The notes below the pieces were generated by a model that was not told the DNA's origin, searched no databases, and saw nothing but the letters and a program-made list of their open reading frames with translations. Below are positions 15,670 to 27,517 of a DNA stretch of 64,000 nt, one piece after another. Position 1 is the first letter of the stretch. Every line of letters starts with the position of its first letter. A program made the translations under genes and the position numbers. Source of the stretch: Eledone cirrhosa. Taxonomy: Eukaryota. The stretch lies in NCBI GenBank assembly GCA_964016885.1, contig OZ024747.1, positions 43,400,001 to 43,464,000 on the forward strand, written 5' to 3'.

Positions 15670-15855
15670 GGATTGGCAGTATCGGTAGAGGGTCTGACGC
15701 CATGCTTTGCAGCATAGAGTTACGGCCTTTTATTGTCTGAGTTCAAATCCCGCCGAGGTTAACTTTGCCTTTCATACTTACGGGGTTGATAAAATAAAGT
15801 ACCAGTAATACACTGGCCTAATTGCTAGCCTTGTGCCAAAAGTAGAGACAATTAT
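15670..15855 (+). mobile_element. SINE family A
   Basis: Matches 603-797. Confidence 0.85.
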
Positions 15856-15904
15856 TGTTAGTGTTATATTGTCAATATTTCTTTTCACTTTCATTTTGGC
15901 TTCA

Positions 15905-17430
15905 TGTGTTAGTATGTGTGTGTATTATTGTGTGTGTGTATATTAGTGTGTGTGTGTGTATATTAGTGTGTGTGTGCGTGTGTTAGTATGTGTGTGTATA
16001 TTAGTGTGTGTGTGTGTGTGGTAGTATGTGTGTGTATATTAGTGTGTGTGTAGTAGTATGTGTGTATATTAGTGTGTGTGTGTGTGTTAGTATGTGTGTA
16101 TATATATTGGTGTGTGTGTGTGTGTTAGTATGTGTGTGTAAATTAGTGTGTGTGTGTGTTAGTATGTGTATGTATATTAGTGTGTGTGTACGTATGTTAG
16201 TATGTGTGTGTATATTAGTGTGTGTGTGTGTTTGTATGTGTGTGTATATTAGTGTGTGTGTGTGTGTTAGTATGTGTGTATATTAGTGTGTGTGTGTGTA
16301 TTAGTTTGTATGTGTATATTACTGTGTGTGTGTGTGTGTTAGTATGTGTGTGTGAATATTAGTGTGTGTGTGTGTGTGTTAGTATGTGTGTGTATATTAG
16401 TGTGTGTGTGTTAGTATGTGTGTGTATATTAGTGTGTGTGTGTGAGTGTTAGTATGTGGGTGTAGATTAGTGTGTGTGTTTGTTAGTATGTGTGTGTATA
16501 TTAGTATGTGTGAGTGTTAGTATGTGTGTATATTAGTGTGTGTGAGTGTGTTAGTATGTGTATGTGTGTTAGTGTGTGTGCGTTAGTATGTGTGTGTGTA
16601 TATTAGTGTGTGTGTGTGTTAGTATGTATGTGCATATTAGTGTGTGTGTGTGTGTTAGTATGTGTGTGTGTGTTAGTATGTGTGTGTGTATATTAGTGTG
16701 TGTGTGTGTGAGTGTTAGTATGTGTGTGTATATTAGTGTATGCGTGTGTTAGTGTGTGTGTGTGTATATTAGTGTGTGTGTGTGTGTCTTAGTATGTATG
16801 TGTATATTAGTGTGTGTGTTAGGGTGTGTGTGTATATTAGTGTGGGTGTGTGTGTTAGTATGTGTGTGTGTGTTAGTATGTGTGTGTGTATATTAGTGTG
16901 TGTGTGTGTGAGTGTTAGTATGTGTGTGTATATTAGTGTATGCGTGTGTTAGTGTGTGTGTGTGTATATTAGTGTGTGTGTGTGTGTCTTAGTATGTATG
17001 TGTATATTAGTGTGTGTGTGTTAGTGTGTGTGTGTGTGTATATTAGTGTGTGTGTGTGTGTTAGTGTCTGTGTGTGTGTTAGTATGTATGTGTGTGTTAA
17101 TGTGTGTATATTAGTATGTGTGTGTTAGTATGTGTGTGTATATTAGCGTGTATGTGTGTTAGTATGTGTGTGTGTATATTAGTGCGTGTGTGAGTGTTAG
17201 TATGTGTGTGTATATTAGTGTGTGTGTGTGTGTGTGTGTTAGTATGCGTGTGTATATTAGTGGTGTGTGTGTGTGTGTGTGTTAGTATGTGTGTATATTA
17301 GTGTGTATGTGTGTTCGTATGTCTGTGTATATTAGTGTGTGTGTGTTAATGTGTGTGTATGTGTTAGTATGTGTGTTAGTATGTGTGTGTGTGTGTGTGT
17401 TAGTATGTGTGTGTGTATGTGTGTGTGTGT
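15905..17430. repeat. Higher-order (TG)n satellite punctuated by ttagtat / tatattagt (~30 bp unit)
   Basis: Regular alternation of the two interruptions over 1.5 kb. Confidence 0.9.
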
Positions 17431-17534
17431 AGTTTCCTTGTTGAGATAATCATGTGTTGCTTACTGAGATTCTTCTTCTTCTTCTTCTTCTCACTATTAT
17501 TAATATCATTATCAGAATACATTGTGATTAATAT

Positions 17535-18585
17535 TATCAACATCACCACCACCACCACTACCACCACCTCCACCTCCACCACCACCACCACCACCACCAC
17601 CACCACTACCACCATCACCACCACCACCACCACTACCACCACCTCCACCACCACCACCACCACCACCACCACCACCACCACCACCACCACCACCACCACC
17701 ACCACCACTACCACCATCACCACCACCACCACCACCACCACCATCATCAACACCACCACCATCATCAACACCACCACCATCACCATCACCACCACCATCA
17801 CCAACAGCACCACCACCACCATCACCACCACCACAACCACCATCACCACCATCACCACCACCACCATCATCAACAGCACCACCACCACCATCACCACCCC
17901 CACCACCACCATCACCACCATCACCACCACCACCACCACCACCACCGCCATCATCAACACCACCACCATCACCACTACCACCACCACCACCATCACCACC
18001 ACCACCACCATCACCACCATCACCACCACCACCACCATCACAAACATCACCACCACCACCACCATCATCAACAGCACCACCACCACCATCACCACCACCA
18101 CTACCACCACCATCACCACCACCACCACGGCCCAAATACCATCACCACCATCACCACCACCACCACCACCATCATCAACACCACCACCATTATCAACACC
18201 ACCACCATCACCACCACCACCACCATCACCAACATCACCACCATCGCCATCATCAACACCACCACCATCACCACTACCACCACCACCACCACCATCACCA
18301 CTACCACCACCACCACCACCACCAACATCAACACCACCACCATCAGCACCACCACCACCACCTCCACCACCACTACCACCACCATCACCATCATCACCAC
18401 CACCACCACCACCACCATCACCACCAACATCACCATCACCATCATCACCACCACCACCACCACCACCATCACCACCACCACCACCATCATCATCATCATT
18501 ATCACCACCACCATCACCACCACCATCACCACCACCACCACCGCCATCACCAACATCACCACCATCATCACCACCACCACCACCT
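17535..18585. repeat. (CAC/CAT)n low-complexity tract
   Basis: Directly visible. Confidence 0.95.
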
Positions 18586-18938
18586 ATTGTTATTGGTATT
18601 ATGACATTGTAGCTGTCAGACATTTAGAAGAAGGAAATTGATCGATATTGAAGAGACAGAATTTCTTCGATATATACATGTATATATATACATGTATATA
18701 TATATACATGTATATATATATACAAGTATATTTATATACATGTATATATATATACATGTATATATTTATATGTGTATATTTATATACACATATATATATA
18801 TACATGTTTATATTTATATGTGTATATATATACATGTATATATATATATATATATGTATATTTATATACACATATATATACATGTATATTTATATACATG
18901 TATATATATATATGTGTATATTTATACATGTATATATA

Positions 18939-19503
18939 CAAGGTGTGGACGATATTTGTTCGCAATTTTCAACTGTTAATTTTATGCAAATTTTCTTACC
19001 TCCATTGTCACTCTTGTCTTCATAAAAACAGTGACTATATTTCCATTATTTATTTTCAGAATAATTGATTATGAATAATTTTGAACCTCCAAATTTGTGG
19101 AAAAGACACGGAGTTGTTCTTGGAATCTGCGCCGGGAGGACAAATAAGGACCAGAAGATCAACTCCCAGAACAACAGGTGGCTCGCTGTCTCATCCAAAG
19201 ACGTGCCCAGTGTCATGCAGACAAAGTTACCAGCGACAACATTGGTCTTAGGTGTCGTCAGCAGTCAAGGTGTCGTCAGCAGTCAAGATAACGTTATGCC
19301 ACCTCACTTCTTCCCTGAGGGCCTCAAGCTGAACACCGATGGCTACATCCGCGTTCTGAGTGAGGTAGTAAAGCCCTGGATCGACCAGGTAGCTGCAGGT
19401 AGGCCGTACGTGTGGCAGCAAGACTCAGCGCCCTGCCATACCAGCCGAAAGACCCAAGCCTGGCTGTCAGAGAACTTTGTCGACCACACTTCACCTGACA
19501 TCT
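18939..19503 (+). pseudogene. Internally deleted Tc1/mariner transposon (DD37D/maT-like transposase remnant)
   Basis: TA|caaggtgtggacg TIR-like start; translation has VLGVVSS..PPHFFPEGLKLNTDGYIRVL..VKPWI..WQQDSAPCH; cut by a SINE B/RTE 3' fragment. Confidence 0.8.
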
Positions 19504-19717
19504 GTAAAGTGGACGTGTAGGCGCCACAGAAATAAAGCACCCAGCCCACACTGTAAAGTGGATGTGTAGGTGGCACGACGGAAAAAAAGAACCCAACACT
19601 CACTGTAAATGAGGTTGGTGTTAAGAAGGGCATCCAGCTGTAGAAATCAAGCCAGAATCAGTTCCCGTCCTACCCTTGCAGGCAGGGTAAAGCGGACGTA
19701 AAATGATGATGATGATG

Positions 19718-19718
<1 letters not shown>
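19502..19718 (+). mobile_element. 3' half of SINE family B
   Basis: cactgtaaagtgg repeats, aggttggtgttaagaagggcatcc, (TGA)n tail running into (TA)n. Confidence 0.85.
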
Positions 19719-19748
<30 letters not shown>

Positions 19749-19859
19749 TTAGTTAAGCAAAACAAGGCCACAAACTTCACAAGGAAGACATATATCTCAT
19801 ATCCTCTCATATCTTCTCTACTATCTCCATCTCTCTCTTTAAGATTGGTTACTCTTCAA

Positions 19860-19924
<65 letters not shown>

Positions 19925-20469
19925 CAAAATTAAGTTAAATCAAAGGTTAAATCAGTAGCCATCGGTGTTCAGCTTGAGGCCCTCAGGGAAGGAATCAAGG
20001 GTGTTATGTCAGACAGACATACGCGCCACAGATGGTTAGTCCTCTTCCTTGTGGAAAATCAAGGATCTGGCTACTGTCATTTACCAATCGATTACATGGT
20101 GAAATATATTTCTTTAATGGAATATATACAAGGAAGATTAGTCAATTTATAAGGTATCTGTTTTTGAAGTTCTAGTTGAACTGTATTTGGTTACCCTCAT
20201 AGCTATGTGTGCTTACACACTTTTGCAAATTATCCCCTGTGATTGTTTCATATGTTTATTTTAGATATATTTATATGTCAATCAATTTCTGGTTGATATA
20301 TATATATATTTACACACACACACACATAGACATACACACATACATAGACACTCATACACACACATTAGGCATCTTTTCTGAACACTACAAATAATTCATT
20401 GTTCGACATTTATGGAAATACGTGTGTTGTCTGGACAGAGATTTTGTAGCTACCAGGCATGGAATTATC

Positions 20470-20954
20470 CTCATCACCCATCATCACCACTACCATCATC
20501 ACCACTACCATCATCAGCAGCACAATCATCATTTATCACCACCACCATCATCACCACTACCCCCCCCCCAAATCATCATTTATCACCACTACCACCATCA
20601 TCACCACCACCATCATCACCACTACCCCCCCAAATCATCATTCCTCACCATCACCATCATCATCACCACTACCATCATCAGCAGCACAATCATCATCATC
20701 ACTACCATCACCATCACCATCATCACCATTATCATCCTCATTATCATCATCATCATCATCATCATCATCACCACCTACACCACTATCATCATCACCACCA
20801 TCGCCACTATCATCATCATCATCATCATCATTATCATCAACATCGTCATCACCACCCCAATCATCATCATCATCATCAACACCATCGCCACTATCATCAT
20901 CATCACCATAATCATCATCACTACCACTGTTATCATCATCATTATTATTATTGT

Positions 20955-20989
<35 letters not shown>

Positions 20990-22742
20990 CCACAATCACC
21001 ATCACCATCACCACCACCATCACAATCACCACCAACATCAACATCACAATCACCATCACCACCACCATCACCACCACAATCACCATAACCATCACCATCA
21101 CCATCACCATCACCATCACCACCACCATCACAATCACCACCAACATCAACATCACAATCACCATCACCACCACCATCACCACCACAATCACCATAACCAT
21201 CACCATCACCATCACCATCACCATCACCATCACCATCACCACCACCATCACAATCACCACCACCATCACAATCACCACCACCATCACAATCACCACCACC
21301 ATCACCACCACAATCACCATAACCATCACCATCACCATCACCATCACCATCACCATCACCATCACCATCACCACCACCATCACAATCACCACCACCATCA
21401 CAATCACCACCACCATCACAATCACCACCACCATCACAATCACCATCACCATCACCATCACCATCACAATCACCACCACCACCACCATTACAATCACCAC
21501 CACCATCACCATCACAATCACCATCACCATCACCATCACCATCACAATCACCATCACCACCACCACCACCATCACAATCACCACCACCATCACAATCACC
21601 ATCACAATCACCATCACCATCACCATCACAATCACCACCACAAACACCATCACCATCACCATCACAATCACCACCACCATCACAATCACCACCACCATCA
21701 CAATCACCATCACAATCACCATCACCATCACAATCACCACCACCATCACCATCACAATCACCGTCACAATCACCACCACCATCACAATCACCACCACCAC
21801 CACCATCACAATCACCACCACCATCACAATCACCATCACAATCACCATCACCATCACCATCACAATCACCACCACAAACACCATCACCATCACCATCACC
21901 ATCACCATCACCATCACCATCACCATCACAATCAGCATCACCATCACAATTACCATAACCATCACAATCACCATCATCATCACCATCACAATCACCATCA
22001 CCATCACAATCACCACCACAAACACCATCACCATCACCATCACCATCACCATCACCATCGCAATCACCATCACCATCACAATTACCATAACCATCACAAT
22101 CACCATCACCATCACCATCACCATCACAATCACCATCACCATCACCATCGCAATCACCATCACTATCAACATCACAATCACCATCACAACCACCATCACC
22201 ATCACCATCAACATCAACATCACAATCACCATCACCATCACAATCACCACACCATCACCACCACCACCACAATCACCATCACCATCACCACCACAATCAC
22301 CATCACCATCACCATCACAATCACCACCACAAACACCATCACCATCACCGTCACCATCACCATCACACTCACCACCACCATCACAATCACCACCACCATC
22401 ACCATCACAATCACCATCACAATCACCATCACCATCACAATCACCATCACCACCACCACCACCACCATCACAATCACCACCACCATCACAATCACCATCA
22501 CAATCACCATCACCATCACCATCACAATCACCACCACAAACACCATCACCATCACCATCACCACCACCATCACAATCACCATCACCATCACCATCACAAT
22601 CACCACCACCATCACCACCACAATCACCATCACCATCACCACCACAATCACCATCACCATCACCATCACAATCACCATCACAATCACCATCACCATCACC
22701 ATCACCATCACAATCACCATCACCATCACCATAACCATCAGT
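20470..22742. repeat. 2.3-kb (CAT/CAC/CACAAT)n low-complexity tract
   Basis: Directly visible; source of the poly-His / Thr-Ile / Ser-Pro ORFs. Confidence 0.95.
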
Positions 22743-22860
22743 TCGAATAAATACTGATAATCACGGACTATTAAATTGGGAAGAATGTTGATTAAGTGAT
22801 AAGCTAATTTTAGACAAGGAAAAAACATACACACGCACACATATATATATATATATATAT

Positions 22861-25800
22861 TCGACCACGGACGGCTAACATAACACCATCGCCCCCCGCC
22901 CCTCACCGCCCCCAACCCCCAAACGCAATCCAAAACTTCAGAGTTGGTACCATAAATGTAGGCACCCTAAAGGGTCGCGCTAACGAGGTTGTAGAAATGC
23001 TTGAACGTAAGGAGGTCGATGTTTGTTGTATTCAAGAGACCAGGTGGAGGGGTGGGTCTGCTAGGTTCATTGAGGGTAAAAAACGTTGTTATAAGCTTTT
23101 CTGGGTGGGAAACGACGATGGGCTGGGTGGAGTAGGAATCATGGTAGCAGAAAAGTGGGCAGATAAGATAATAGACGTAAATAGAGTGAACGACAGAATA
23201 ATTAAAATACGACTTGTCCTCAATAGAACTACGGTGACAGTAATATCTGCGTACGCACCCCAATCCGGACTGCCCGGCACTATAAAAGACAGATTCTATG
23301 AGACACTGATGCTAACTACCTCCCAAATATCCGACAGTGACTATATAATTATCGCAGGCGACCTAAATGGTCACGTTGGACAACATTGTGACGGCTACGA
23401 CGAAATCCATGGAGGCTATGGGTTTGGTACTAGAAATGAGGAAGGCTCCAGAATCCTGGAATTCTGTGATGCAAATAACCTAACTATCTGTAACACTAAC
23501 TTCAAAAAACGTGACAATCACCTGATCACCTATAGATCCGGGGAACACACAAGCCAGGTAGATTATATCCTTACCAGAAGACGTGACAGAGTGTCTGTTG
23601 TTAACACTAAATCCCTCCCCCATGAAGAATGCACCTCCCAACATAGACTGATAATTAGCGACCTCATAGTCAGGACGAGACGTACTCGACAACAGAAGAG
23701 GACTATCCTCAGGAGGAAAATATGGAAGTTAAAGGACCCCACAGCCAGGAATAAATTTCAAAGCATATTACTTGATGCTTTCGACAGTAAGGAAGAACAT
23801 TTAGAGTCGGACAATATAGAGGGAGAGTGGGAATTTCTGAAAGCAAACCTGCTGTTGGCGACAGACGAGGTCTGTGGCTGGAGCAGGCCTGTAGGCAGGA
23901 GGAGAGTAACATGGTGGTGGAACAGTAAGGTGGAGGGGTCAATTAAGGCCAAAAAGCAGGCTTGGAAAGTATGGCGGGATGGGGGAAGTAGAGAGGACTA
24001 TCAAGTGGCCAGGAGGGAAGCTAGGAGACAAGTGTACTTAGCAAGAAGGGAAGCTGAGGAAAGAAAGTTCAAGCATGTTCTACAACGCGATGACCAAAAA
24101 CGTGAGGTGTTCAGGATTGCTAGGCAATGCGTCAAGGAAAACCGTGATATTGTCGGGGAGAAGTGTGTACTAAACGACGATGGCACACTTGCCATCACCG
24201 ACGCTGATAAGAAGGTAGCTTGGAAGTGTCACTATGAAAGGCTTCTAAATGAGGAGAATAATTGGGAGAAAGGCAGTCTCCCCCATATCGACCCAATAGA
24301 GGGACCAGCAGTGTTAGTCGAGGGGAGTATAATAAGTAAGGCAATCAAGGATATGAAGACTGGTAAGGCGGCTGGGCCTTCGGAAATAGTTGCTGAGATG
24401 CTGAAGGCATCTGGCACGGTGGGACACACCATGGTCACCCGCATAGTTAACCAAGTCGTACAAAACGGGGTTGTTCCGAAGGACTGGCATAGCAGCATCA
24501 TCGTTAACTGTTATAAGGGTAAAGGAGACGCCCTAGATAGGAGTAACTATAGAGGCATTAAATTAATCGACCAGGTCATGAAGGTCACGGAAAGAGTAAT
24601 AGCGCAGCTAATCAGAGAGAGAATTGACCTAGATGAAATGCAGTTCGGGTTTGTGTCAGGCAAAAGTACCACAGACGCTCTTTTCATAGTACGACAACTA
24701 CAAGAGAAGTACCTAGCTAAAGGTAAACCCCTCTACTTAGCTTTTGTCGACTTGGAGAAAGCCTTCGACAGAGTCCCCCGCTCCATTATCTGGTGGGCTC
24801 TTAGAAAACTAGGCGTTGACGAATGGCTTGTGAGGGCTATACAAGCCATGTATAAAGAAACAGTCAGCAAGGTTAGAATTAACAACGAATATAGTGAAGA
24901 GTTTAGCGTAAAAGTCGGCGTCCATCAGGGCTCTGTTCTCAGTCCACTACTATTTATTATTGCCCTTCAGGCCATAACAGAGGAGTTCAAGACAGGCTGC
25001 CCATGGGAACTCCTATACGCAGACGACCTGACACTCATAGCGGAATCAATGGCCGAGCTAGAGAAGAAATTCCAAACATGGAAGCACGGCCTAGAGTCAA
25101 AAGGACTTAAAATTAACCTGGCTAAGACCAAAGTACTAGTTTGTAGGAAAGAAAACAAGGCGGCGGTCCCTTCTGGGAAATGGTCGTGCTCGGTGTGTAG
25201 GAAAGGCGTAGGTAGAAACTCCATTTTATGTCCTAAATGCAAAGTATGGGTGCATAAAAGATGTAGTGGGATCACAGGTAGGCTAACTAAGAACATAGAT
25301 TTTACATGTGGCCGGTGCTCTGGTGCATTAAGTAGCAGCAAGTGCCCACAAACTACTAGCTCTTTCAATTGCGCAGAGGGTTCTATAGAAATAGTGGACA
25401 GCTTCCGTTACCTGGGCGATAAAATCAGCAGTGGGGGAGGGTGCTCTGAAAGTACTGTAGCTAGAGTCAGAACTGGTTGGAAAAAGTTCAGAGAGCTTAT
25501 ACCACTATTAGCTGCTAAAGGGTTCTCACTAAAAATGAAAGGCAGGTTGTACGATGCCTGCATACGAACAGCAATGCTGCATGGCAGTGAGACCTGGGCA
25601 TTGTGTGCAGAGGATATACGCAGACTAGAGAGGAACGAAGCTTGCATGCTCCGCTGGATGTGTAACAGTAATATACGTGAACGGCAAAGCATAAACGAAC
25701 TAAGGAATAAATTAGAGATAAGAGGGATCAGATGTTGTTTACTCGAGAGAAGGCTACGTTGGTATGGACACGTGATGCGCATGAAAGTCGATAGCTGTAT

Positions 25801-26364
25801 AACAAAGTGCAGGGCAATAAAGATAGACGGTAGTCACGGAATAGGCAGACCTAGAAAAACCTGGGACGAGCTGATAAACTCCGACATCACACACTTACAC
25901 CTCTCCAAGACAATGTCACTGGACCGAGACCTTTGGCGGTACTCAGTAACAGAGAAGACCCGCCTTACCTAAATATATAGTAAAACCTACTCCAGCCAGT
26001 AGGCATCTCTAACAAATACACCCCGTCCCACCACCCCCACCCGATCCACACCACCCCGTTCTATGTAAAGTTATGTTGGTGCCGCGCCATCGAGGCCGAA
26101 ACAAATGAGATCGTGTAGGTGTCACGACAAAAAAACACACAGTCCACGCTGTAATGTGGCCGTGTAGGCAACACGGTAAAAACCTCCCAGACCCACACTG
26201 TAAATGTGGTTGGTGTTAGGAAGGGCATCCAACTGTAGAAAACCTGCCAGACAGTCCTATGCGAGCAAGACAATCACTCTTGCCTCAAGTGGGACTACCC
26301 CCGTCCAAACCCATGCAAGCGTGGAACACGGACGTTAAACGCTGATGATGATGATGATGATGAT
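22861..26364 (+). mobile_element. Near full-length RTE-clade LINE, subfamily 1
   Basis: Starts right after (TA)n; single APE-RT ORF; ~370-nt 3' UTR; (TGA)n tail running into (TA)n. Confidence 0.95.
22862..25972 (+). CDS. RTE ORF: AP endonuclease plus reverse transcriptase with an embedded PHD-type zinc finger (first ATG at 22997)
   Basis: APE motifs FRVGTINVGTL (upstream of the ATG, same frame), IQETRW, GDLNGH, DYIL, SQHR; RT motifs FVDLEKAFD, GVHQGSVLSP, LYADD, FRYLG; C-terminal RRLRWYGHV..GRPRKTW; no in-frame stop. Confidence 0.95.
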   Translation, partial: RPRTANITPSPPAPHRPQPPNAIQNFRVGTINVGTLKGRANEVVEMLERKEVDVCCIQETRWRGGSARFIEGKKRCYKLFWVGNDDGLGGVGIMVAEKWADKIIDVNRVNDRIIKIRLVLNRTTVTVISAYAPQSGLPGTIKDRFYETLMLTTSQISDSDYIIIAGDLNGHVGQHCDGYDEIHGGYGFGTRNEEGSRILEFCDANNLTICNTNFKKRDNHLITYRSGEHTSQVDYILTRRRDRVSVVNTKSLPHEECTSQHRLIISDLIVRTRRTRQQKRTILRRKIWKLKDPTARNKFQSILLDAFDSKEEHLESDNIEGEWEFLKANLLLATDEVCGWSRPVGRRRVTWWWNSKVEGSIKAKKQAWKVWRDGGSREDYQVARREARRQVYLARREAEERKFKHVLQRDDQKREVFRIARQCVKENRDIVGEKCVLNDDGTLAITDADKKVAWKCHYERLLNEENNWEKGSLPHIDPIEGPAVLVEGSIISKAIKDMKTGKAAGPSEIVAEMLKASGTVGHTMVTRIVNQVVQNGVVPKDWHSSIIVNCYKGKGDALDRSNYRGIKLIDQVMKVTERVIAQLIRERIDLDEMQFGFVSGKSTTDALFIVRQLQEKYLAKGKPLYLAFVDLEKAFDRVPRSIIWWALRKLGVDEWLVRAIQAMYKETVSKVRINNEYSEEFSVKVGVHQGSVLSPLLFIIALQAITEEFKTGCPWELLYADDLTLIAESMAELEKKFQTWKHGLESKGLKINLAKTKVLVCRKENKAAVPSGKWSCSVCRKGVGRNSILCPKCKVWVHKRCSGITGRLTKNIDFTCGRCSGALSSSKCPQTTSSFNCAEGSIEIVDSFRYLGDKISSGGGCSESTVARVRTGWKKFRELIPLLAAKGFSLKMKGRLYDACIRTAMLHGSETWALCAEDIRRLERNEACMLRWMCNSNIRERQSINELRNKLEIRGIRCCLLERRLRWYGHVMRMKVDSCITKCRAIKIDGSHGIGRPRKTWDELINSDITHLHLSKTMSLDRDLWRYSVTEKTRLT

Positions 26365-26744
26365 ATATATATACACACACATATACACACATAAACATAC
26401 ATGCATACACACATATATATAATCATATACATACACATATAGTTATTTTGATGCACTCGTACATATATAAATATATACACATATACACACATAAACATAC
26501 ATACATACACGCATATACATGCAAACAGACATACAAACATATGCATACCTACAGACATACAAACATATGCACTTATATATATATATATTTTATATATATA
26601 TATATATATTTATATATGCAAAGTTTTATTTAAATTGTTGGGTTACGAGTAAATATGTATAACTGATATAAAAGCACTCAACAAGTATTTGGAGTATATT
26701 TACGATATTAAATAAATGGAAACTATATTTATAAAACCATATTT

Positions 26745-26810
26745 ATTTCATTATATATATTTCAGGGATATCATATTAAAAATATGGTATGCCTTCATCA
26801 GACAAAATAC
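26745..26810 (-). ncRNA. Minimal type I hammerhead ribozyme motif (family HH-A)
   Basis: Minus strand: attttgt-CTGATGA-aggcataccatatt/aatatgatatccct-GAAA-tatata-TA-atgaaat. Confidence 0.8.
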
Positions 26811-27108
26811 AATATAAACAGTCTTATAAATAGATAGATTTGACATACCTTACACTTCAACTTCCATTTAAAAAGTTGATTTGGTAGTGAAAAATGTTAG
26901 GGACAGTTATAGAGAAAAAAAGAAAGAAAGAAAGAAAGCGAAGAAAAAAGAAGAAATGCATGCAACGAAAAACAGAGAGAGATAGATATAGAGAGATAGA
27001 GAGAAGAAATTCATGTAAAGAAAAAACAGAGAGAGATAGATAGAGAGAAAAAAATGGAGATAGATAGAGAGAGAGAGAGAGAGAAAAAAAGAGAGAGAGA
27101 GAGAAAAA

Positions 27109-27244
27109 ATAGAGAGAGATAGATATAGATAGAGATAGAGAGAGAAAAATAGATAGTTGGGCACCAGTTGAATGACGTATCAATGATATATTTATTTATT
27201 TATTTATTTAGTTCTAGTATTAAGGTAGAGAGAGATATATGTGG

Positions 27245-27318
<74 letters not shown>

Positions 27319-27443
27319 CCACATATATCTCTCTCTACCTTAATACTAGAACTAAATAAATAAATAAATAAATATATCATTGATACGTCATTCAACTGGT
27401 GCCCAACTATCTATTTTTCTCTCTCTATCTCTATCTATATCTA

Positions 27444-27454
<11 letters not shown>
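27109..27454. repeat. Perfect palindrome (~145-bp arms) centred on (TA)n
   Basis: Arms are exact reverse complements; identical ORFs 27168+ and 27395- confirm the symmetry. Confidence 0.95.
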
Positions 27455-27514
<60 letters not shown>

Positions 27515-27517
27515 TTA

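Noticed and set aside
15905-17430. Interstitial telomeric repeat
   Set aside because: Units are ttagt, not tandem TTAGGG or TTAGG.
24967-25782. Antisense ORFs recurring in the LINE copies
   Set aside because: Shadow frames of the RT coding strand; no recognisable domain.
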